DNA of 60,279 bases from Hydrurus foetidus (taxonomy: Eukaryota), in contig UYFQ01000112.1 of NCBI GenBank assembly GCA_900617105.1, positions 1-60,279 on the forward strand. The letters are read 5' to 3'. The first letter of the stretch is position 1. Each line of letters opens with the position of its first letter. The notes under the pieces were generated by a model. The model was not told the origin of the DNA. It worked only from the letters and a program-made list of their open reading frames with translations, and ran no database searches. Of this stretch, positions 53,123 to 60,279 are shown one piece after another. Both the position numbers and the translations under genes were made by a program.

Positions 53123-56100
53123 ATGCCTCCAAAACGTGTTCCTGAAGTAGTGAAAAGCACAGAAGAATGCATGCTACTCTACGGAAAACACAATAACGTG
53201 ATCAAGTGGAAAGAGCACATGCAGACGATGGTAACCGAGCTCTACGGCATCATCGGGATGTTCTTTACCACGAATAAAAGATACCAACTTCCAAGAGTAT
53301 CGTACGCGGACTACTCGTCGGAAAGTGAAAGCGCCGAGTCCGTGGATGAGGACGAGGACGAGGTAGTGGACCCTGACGCACCCGCCTTATTACCAGAAAT
53401 GATCGCCATACTCGCAGCCGAGAAAGCGGCGCGAGCTACCGCGAGAGAAGCAAGAAATGGACGTAGACGGAAAATTGCCGAGAGGGCAAGAGCAAAATTC
53501 CGTGAAGACGATTACATTCAGAGGAAAAAAGACCTTAAGGCACAAAAGGAGAACGAACGTACGGTGTACCCAATGATGTGGAAACGTATGTCTCCAGCCT
53601 CACAGAGCAGGGTAAGAGAAGAGGAGCAGTACGAGCAAGCGTACTTGTCCCTGGATTGTATCCTCCTATGGTCCCTGATAAGGAAAACACATCTCACGCA
53701 CATCTTCGGGGACTCGGACCCCATGAACGACGTGAACATGCACGAACAGGAGAACAAGTACAACTCACTGAGACAGGGTGAGCGAGAGTTCATATCCACA
53801 TTCAAAGTTAGATTCGATGAACAAGTATCGGCAAACAATGGAGTAGGGGTGGCAGAGATAACGGATTCGCGAAGAGCGCTGGACTTCATCCTGAAGCTGG
53901 ACCCAAAGAGATACAAGAGGATGCACGACGACATGAAGAACGACGCACTCCGATGCGTCACTGACGCTTACCCCAAGACACTGGCGGCCGCCTACCGAAT
54001 TGCGTCTCAGTGGACGGGTACTGATCACGCCCAATACGCGGGTGCAGCAGGGAACGCCGCAGCATTCGTCACGGATGGGGCGCTGGTGACGACCAACAAG
54101 GACCCCACCGAGAAAGTACCCGGTAAGACCGGGGGTGCTAGGAAGAAGACCCCACTAAGCGACATCACATGTCACGTCTGCGGAGTTAACGGGCACTTTG
54201 CAAGAAACTGCAGCCAGCGGAAATCGTCATCAGAGAAAGCTCACGTAACCTCTACCGAGAGCCAGGATGATATTGACTCAGATGACTACGACGTAGCACT
54301 GGTTACTACAGCCGAAACGTGTCTGTTCTCGCGCTACGATATACTGCTGGATAATGAGGCATCGTTAAACATCTTCAGCAACGCAGACTTACTCACGGGA
54401 CTGAGGAAATCGGAGAGGCAAATCAACGTTGGAGGTATTCAAGTCGGCGGTGGAGTTGCCGTAACTCAGGAAGGCGATTTCGGAGAGCTAGGGAAAGTAT
54501 TTTATAGCGAATCAGCGTCGGCGAACGTCCTATCATTCGCCTCCCAAGTCGACTCTGGTGCGGCAATACGTTACGATCATCATGACGATTGTTTCACCCT
54601 TCAACCACGGAACAGTCAGAGCATCTATCGATTCGGTCGGAAGAATATACCTGGTAGCGAGGGACGCTTCTACAGCTGCGACTGGAGCGAAGTAATCAGT
54701 GAGTCGGCAATGGTAGCGACTGTAGAAAATAACGCGAAAGCGTTCACCAAGCGCGAAATTGAGCAAGCAAGGAAGGCGCGCGAGCTTTTGGCGCGCATGG
54801 GGTTTCCTACTGTGGCGCAGGCGATCGCAATAATCAACTCGGGAAGCAACTTCGAGGTGACAGCACGTGATTTCCAGATAGCCGATGCAATCTGGGGAGC
54901 AGATATTGCGTCGCTGAAAGGAAAGACAACGAAGAGAGCTACAGCCGTAGCGGACATCACTGTGAACGCGAAGATTGTCCAACAAAATCAGGTGCTCGCG
55001 ATTGATATTATGTTCATAGACAAAACTGCTACGCTAATCGGGTTAGCTACTCCGCTAGGATTGACTATCGCCTACAGCCTGAACAACCTGGACATGAAAA
55101 AAGCGGTCAGAGCAGCAGCCAATATCAAAAAGGGAATCGATCACTTTGTCGCGATGCTGGCGTCGCAGAACTTCAAGACTGCGATGATCATGAGCGATGG
55201 CGAGCGTGGAGTAACGAGCATCATTCCTGAACTCGAGGCGCTTGGAATTGAGGTGGACATTAGCGGCGCTGGAGGCCACGTAGCTAGGGTAGAAAGGCGT
55301 ATAAGGGTAATTAAAGAACGATTACGATCCTACGTCGCATATCACTTACCTTTTGCCTTATCGAGTGTGGGGATCGCCATGTGCATATTGTACTGCGTAT
55401 CGAGACTCAACTACGAACCGGCCGGAATACGGGAATGGGGCCCTAGTCCAAGAGAGGCTTTCATCGGGCGTAAGGCTGATGGAAAGAGAGACTTCAGATG
55501 TTCTTTCGGCGATTACGCGCAGTGTACAATACCCACCACTGACAACACGTTAAAGGGCAGGACGGAGGATTGCGTGGTTATGCTACCGTTGGGAAACCGT
55601 ACTGGGACCGTACGAATGATGTCACTCACCACAGGACACCTGGTGAATCGCGACCAGTTTCGAATACCACCAATGCCGCTTTCTGTTATAAAGAGGATGA
55701 ATGAGCTCGCACTTAAAGATGGGAGAGAAAAGGGGAAAGGTGATCTAGCAAAAGCGCCTACGACATACGGTATGCAGGGCGATGTGGGAGGCAGTCTACC
55801 GGACACCATCGAGACTACGACACATAACGGGATCGACCCATCGATAATTCTCAGGGACGGCGAGTATAACCCCGACCCAATAGACTACGGCGTTCCATAC
55901 GACGGAGACGAAGGGAATGGGGGTGTGAGAGAGGAGGCGATAGGTGTCAATGACACTGACTTCGCCGATGATGCTATCCCGGCATTCGTTCCACAGGGGA
56001 AGCCCAAGACCGTGGACATGGATGACCTGATACACAGCTTCGAGGGGTTGGGGTCAGGGCGGTGCGACGATGAGGGCATTGGAAGAATGGGTGAATTAAA

Positions 56101-57595
56101 CGGTGCAACGGCAAGCGCGGCGGTGAGCGGCGATAACTTGTACGAACCGCATAGCGGTGGAGTCGCGGTTGAGTCGAGTGAAACGGAGGATGAACATCAT
56201 GACAACTCGCTGAAACCAAGGCGTGAGAACATCATGCAGTTTTTCCGCAAGGGAACTAACGGTGCTGCGTTACTGACGAGGCTGTATGGCGAGCCAGGAG
56301 TCGACTGGACTGATTACGTCTTCAACATTTCAGTGAATGAAGCATTACGCACCCGTGGAAAGAACGCTGAAAGCGTCATCGAAAAAGAACTTGGACAGAT
56401 GCTGACCAAGAAAGTCTGGACCCCTGTCAATGTGAAGTTAGACGCGAAGGGTTGTGTGGTGGTAAGGTTAGATAAAGCGCTGTATGGGTGCGTAGAGTCA
56501 GCTGCACTTTGGTATGAGAATTTGCGAGCGAGCTTCTCGGATCTGGGATATACACCTAACCTTTATGACGTCTGCGTGTTCAACAGACAAAATGAGCATG
56601 GCTTGCAGTGCACTGTTGCCATTCATGTCGACGATCTACTGATCACCAGTGCATGTCCGCTGATGATAGAAGAGTTGGCGGCCGGTCTGACTAAGAGGTA
56701 TGGGGAGATCACGAGAAAGAACGGACCTGTAATGAACTACTTAGGGATGGTGTTCGACCTGACAACTCCAGGCGAAGTCAAAGTCACGATGACAGGATTC
56801 GTGGATGAGATGCTGAAGGAGTGTGGCATCACGGGAAGTGCTCGCACGCCAGCCACGGAAGGATTATTCGATGTGCGACAAAACATTAATACCGCGACTG
56901 AGCAGCAGAGAGTGACTTTCCACAGATGTGTTGCGAAAATGCTGTACTTAGCAAAGAGAGCGAGACCAGATTGCCTTACCGCGGTGTCATTCCTGGCGAC
57001 GAGAGTGAATCGGTGCACCACAGACGACCTTGTCAAGCTGCAGCGACTGATGCGATATGTGTGTGCGACCAAGGAGAGGGGAGTTGTATTCTCACCTGGG
57101 GAGTCAGGGATCAAAGTGAGTGTCCTGATAGATGCGGCATACGGGGTGCACCCAGACGGGAAGTCACACACGGGCAGTTGCGTAGTCATCGGAGAGCTAG
57201 GGGCAGTGCACTGCAAGTCATCTAAGCAGCAGATCGTGACGAAGTCAAGTACGGAGGCAGAGCTGGTAGCGCTCTCGGATTCTGCTAATCAAGCACTACA
57301 CATCAGGAACTTCGTGCTAGCGCAGGGACACCCATGCGGGCCGGTCACCATATACCAGGACAACATGTCGTGCATGGCGCTGATAGATCGAGGGCGGTCA
57401 GCGGCGGAGCGCACCAGGCACATTGCTATCAGATACTTCTGGGTGAAGGAGCGTGTAGACACAGGAGAAGCGAGAGTGGTACATTTAGGGACGAAGAAAA
57501 TGTATGCGAACATGCTGACGAAGCCACTGCAAGGGATACAGTTCCAAGAGGAGAGAAAAGGGATCACAGGGTGGAGCGATGCTGTAGTAATTTAA
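53123..57595 (+). CDS. Copia-2 gag-pol polyprotein (1490 aa) with an internal RT deletion
   Basis: CCHC knuckle CHVCGVNGHFARNC; protease LLDNEAS; integrase IDIMF/MSDGER/VERRIRVIKE; RT LDKALYG, IHVDD; RNase H IDAAY, STEAE, YQDN. Confidence 0.95.
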   Translation: MPPKRVPEVVKSTEECMLLYGKHNNVIKWKEHMQTMVTELYGIIGMFFTTNKRYQLPRVSYADYSSESESAESVDEDEDEVVDPDAPALLPEMIAILAAEKAARATAREARNGRRRKIAERARAKFREDDYIQRKKDLKAQKENERTVYPMMWKRMSPASQSRVREEEQYEQAYLSLDCILLWSLIRKTHLTHIFGDSDPMNDVNMHEQENKYNSLRQGEREFISTFKVRFDEQVSANNGVGVAEITDSRRALDFILKLDPKRYKRMHDDMKNDALRCVTDAYPKTLAAAYRIASQWTGTDHAQYAGAAGNAAAFVTDGALVTTNKDPTEKVPGKTGGARKKTPLSDITCHVCGVNGHFARNCSQRKSSSEKAHVTSTESQDDIDSDDYDVALVTTAETCLFSRYDILLDNEASLNIFSNADLLTGLRKSERQINVGGIQVGGGVAVTQEGDFGELGKVFYSESASANVLSFASQVDSGAAIRYDHHDDCFTLQPRNSQSIYRFGRKNIPGSEGRFYSCDWSEVISESAMVATVENNAKAFTKREIEQARKARELLARMGFPTVAQAIAIINSGSNFEVTARDFQIADAIWGADIASLKGKTTKRATAVADITVNAKIVQQNQVLAIDIMFIDKTATLIGLATPLGLTIAYSLNNLDMKKAVRAAANIKKGIDHFVAMLASQNFKTAMIMSDGERGVTSIIPELEALGIEVDISGAGGHVARVERRIRVIKERLRSYVAYHLPFALSSVGIAMCILYCVSRLNYEPAGIREWGPSPREAFIGRKADGKRDFRCSFGDYAQCTIPTTDNTLKGRTEDCVVMLPLGNRTGTVRMMSLTTGHLVNRDQFRIPPMPLSVIKRMNELALKDGREKGKGDLAKAPTTYGMQGDVGGSLPDTIETTTHNGIDPSIILRDGEYNPDPIDYGVPYDGDEGNGGVREEAIGVNDTDFADDAIPAFVPQGKPKTVDMDDLIHSFEGLGSGRCDDEGIGRMGELNGATASAAVSGDNLYEPHSGGVAVESSETEDEHHDNSLKPRRENIMQFFRKGTNGAALLTRLYGEPGVDWTDYVFNISVNEALRTRGKNAESVIEKELGQMLTKKVWTPVNVKLDAKGCVVVRLDKALYGCVESAALWYENLRASFSDLGYTPNLYDVCVFNRQNEHGLQCTVAIHVDDLLITSACPLMIEELAAGLTKRYGEITRKNGPVMNYLGMVFDLTTPGEVKVTMTGFVDEMLKECGITGSARTPATEGLFDVRQNINTATEQQRVTFHRCVAKMLYLAKRARPDCLTAVSFLATRVNRCTTDDLVKLQRLMRYVCATKERGVVFSPGESGIKVSVLIDAAYGVHPDGKSHTGSCVVIGELGAVHCKSSKQQIVTKSSTEAELVALSDSANQALHIRNFVLAQGHPCGPVTIYQDNMSCMALIDRGRSAAERTRHIAIRYFWVKERVDTGEARVVHLGTKKMYANMLTKPLQGIQFQEERKGITGWSDAVVI

Positions 57596-57652
57596 ACATT
57601 GGAATCTGATTGAATGCATACTAAACCTTCTGTGTGACGTTTGTGTAAGTGC

Positions 57653-57662
57653 CATAGGGGTG
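57653..57662 (+). other. Polypurine tract of Copia-2 (CATAGGGGTG)
   Basis: Directly before the 3' LTR start TGTTGA. Confidence 0.75.
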
Positions 57663-57934
57663 TGTTGAATATATCTGAGTATATGGCACTTACACAATGC
57701 GTGTACTTATGATTACATACAAGCGTACGGTCGAGTACGTGTGCGTACGTCGATTGGATCTGCGAGGGCTGCGAGTGCAACTGTAGTCTAGGATCGTATG
57801 TATTTGGATGAACTCGTGACTTATTCGTCGATAAGCACAGTCTAATTAACAAGTGACGACTGATACGATAGATCTTATATCACGAGCATTGACAATCCCG
57901 AACTCACGCCGCTGTGCTCACAGTACTCCCGTCG
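57663..57934 (+). repeat. 3' LTR of Copia-2, lacking its last 26 bp
   Basis: Identity to the 5' LTR stops abruptly after TACTCCCGTCG. Confidence 0.93.
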
Positions 57935-57944
57935 ATTGCACCCC

Positions 57945-58084
57945 GTTTCGTAAATTTCAGTTCGTAAATCTCGTTTCGTAGATTTCGTTTCGTAAATTTC
58001 AGATCGTAAATCTCCATTCGGAATTCCCGCTTCGTAACTCCCACCCCGTAAAAACCGTTACGGAAATCTCGCCTCGGAACTATC
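57945..58084 (+). repeat. Ten phased 14-bp subterminal repeats (approximate consensus GTTTCGTAAATYTC)
   Basis: CG(T/G)A core at 57949, 57963, 57977, 57991, 58005, 58019, 58033, 58047, 58061 and 58075. Confidence 0.9.
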
Positions 58085-58237
58085 ATTTTGTAACTTTCAC
58101 AACCGTTATGAAAATTAGATGTTTTTAGTGTTACCGCAGAACGTCGTTAACATACATTTCGAAATCGATTAAGTATATATAAACCTTAGCACATACAAGT
58201 TTGGAATTAGTTTCCATTCATATAGCTCTTGTCTAAC

Positions 58238-60063
58238 ATGAACGATATTCTTCCTGCTGAGTTAGATATTCTTCCTGCTGAGTTAGATATTCTTCCTGCT
58301 GAGTTAGACTTTTCTACAAAATCAACAAAAAACCAGCCACTTCTAATGTTTCGAAACAAGTTATTTGTTTGTAAGAAAAGAACTCGAAATGCTGAAGGTC
58401 AAATCATCAAGTGTTACTGGTATTGTTCTTCAGAGGCATGTACCGGAGCTCTTAATTATAGTATTGACGTCAACAATGCTTTGGCAAATGAGCTTGGGAC
58501 AGGAGGAGGTATAAACGAATTTGTTTTGACGAAACGTCACACAATTGATTTGTGCAAAGTTACTCGAAATGACATTGTGAGACGTGTTGCACGTACAAAT
58601 GTCATCAGTCAGGCAAAGCTCGGTAAGATTCGATGAAGGCAGTATTTTTGTTTAACTAAGATATGGAAGTTTATGTCATTGATGTAAAATAAAATCACTC
58701 CATCAGGAAATTCGTTGAACGTGGCCTACAATGGAGTCGTGAATCCTTTATTTCAAGCAAATCCAGAGGCTGTTGAATTGATGCAGACAGCAAGTAGCCT
58801 AAAATCAGCGTATTCAAGAGCTCAAGTTGCAAATCTACCAGCTATTCCAGTGAATGCAATCGACATTGCGATTCCTCCTGAGTACGCCAATATACAAATA
58901 GAGAATGCAGCAGATTTTGTCCCGTTTTTGATGTTCAACTATTCTTACGCCAGCGTGGTTGGTGGTCAGAGGGATTCGACTATTCTGGCATTTGGGACTG
59001 ATGCAATGTTTACTGAGCTTTGCAATGCGAGGACGGTATATATGGACGGGACGTTCAAGATATGTCCAGCCCAATTCTACCAAGTGTTTTCCATCCATTT
59101 TTTTCCTTACGACAGTAGAAGGCAAATGCCAGCTATCTACTGCCTCTTGACTGGTAAAACGGAGGAAATTTACACTAGATTCTTCCAATTCATCATTGAT
59201 AAGGCTTTGGCGATGGGCTTGATCATACGCTGGGAAAAATCGATGGCAGATTTTGAAAGCGGTTTATGGCCTGCATTACATGCAGCTTTTCCTTTACTTC
59301 TCAGAAAGGGCTGCCTATTCTATTTTATGAATGCGGTCTTTAAGTGGATTAAACAGCGTCTTCTGGTACGTTGAAGAGCAAACAATTTTCATGAACAAAA
59401 TTCGTGCTTGAAATCCGGTGTACTCACAAGTAACTCACACAAATTGCAGGTGGCATATAACGATGAAACGACAGGATTGCGTGCGGTAGTGAGAAAGTTT
59501 TTCGCCCTAGCTTTTCTTCGACCTGATCGCACTGAGGACCAAGTTGAGAACGGCGTAGAGAGATCAGATTTGGCGACAGTTTTCGATGGTTTGGTGGCTT
59601 CCCTCTACGCATTACAGAGTGAAACTCTTCCGATTGCAACATTGACTCAATTTGTGACATATTTCACGCAAACTTGGATGTCTAATCTTGTAAGGTGGAA
59701 CGTATTTCACCTTGATGACCACAGAACCAATAACGATCTTGAAGGTACATTCATTCATTCTCAAAACAAGCACTTTTATGATAAGCACTAATAAACATAA
59801 CAACTTGATCAGGCTGGCACAACAAGATGGCACTGGCTTTCAAGGCTAAAACAAACTTGTGGTCATTCATTCGAGGAATAAAGCAAGAACATATCTCAAA
59901 AGAGGTGGAGATGAGACAAATTCTCCAAGGGAATATAATCAAACCACGCCGACTCCAACAAAAGGCTAAAGAAGAACTGCTCGCGAGAATGAAAAATCTA
60001 TACATTCTGGGTGATTTAACTCCAGAGATATACAATCAAAACCTTTCAAATCGCATGCTGTAA
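58238..60063 (+). CDS. MULE transposase with N-terminal FLYWCH-like zinc finger; three introns
   Basis: YWYC....C..H; YMDGTFKICP..FYQVFSIH; MADFESG; KGCLFYF; RTNNDLEG|WHNK. Approximate introns: 58623-58706, 59366-59449, 59745-59811. Confidence 0.88.
58244..58308 (+). repeat. Coding 21-bp tandem repeat x3 (DILPAEL)
   Basis: GATATTCTTCCTGCTGAGTTA x3. Confidence 0.95.
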
Positions 60064-60279
60064 TAGTTTGACCACATGATATATATTCGCCTACCCATTT
60101 GTCACTCTTTTCTGGTGTACTCTTTCCCTTCGTTTCCATTCGATCAGTTCTATCCATTTGACCTACAATAATCGCATACAACTCAACCTTTCGCATCACG
60201 TCAATTTCAATTACTGGGAAATTTCTCTCGTATAATTCTTCTTTGACCATAAGAATGTTCTGATGTACTGCATCACTTG

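Larger units (their letters stand above)
52800..57934 (+). mobile_element. Ty1/Copia LTR retrotransposon 2 (CoDi-like); RT-deleted, 3' LTR interrupted by a MULE
   Basis: LTRs at 52800-53097 and 57663-57934 (about 2 substitutions over the shared 272 bp); single gag-pol ORF in Copia domain order. Confidence 0.96.
57934..60279 (+). mobile_element. Mutator-like (MULE) DNA transposon, left end and transposase; right end is outside the window
   Basis: Begins exactly where the LTR breaks (GATTGCACCCCG); subterminal 14-bp repeats; MULE transposase gene downstream. Confidence 0.85.

Overview
This is eukaryotic genomic DNA with GT-AG introns. It is probably a stramenopile or other flagellated protist; that assignment is an inference from the retroelement type and gene content. 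Host genes, in order: a frameshifted cyclophilin, a secreted patatin/cPLA2-type phospholipase, a small membrane protein, a TEY MAP kinase, an AAGAB/p34-like protein, a GNAT acetyltransferase, a STIL-like centriolar protein, a very large WW+TPR-like gene with microsatellite-filled introns, and TMEM260. Three transposable elements are present: two Ty1/Copia LTR retrotransposons with unrelated LTR sequences (1440-7342 minus; 52800-57934 plus) and a Mutator (MULE) transposon inserted in the 3' LTR of the second. The main finding is that neither Copia element has a tRNA-type (TGG-) primer binding site. In each, the 11-12 nt directly after the 5' LTR are the exact reverse complement of a site inside its own LTR, and the two families have different but co-varying sequences. 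This is the signature of Tf1-style self-primed reverse transcription, here in Copia elements. Both also have a U3/R hairpin over the predicted primer, share a very short polypurine tract, have an integrase without the HHCC motif, and sit next to host gene starts.
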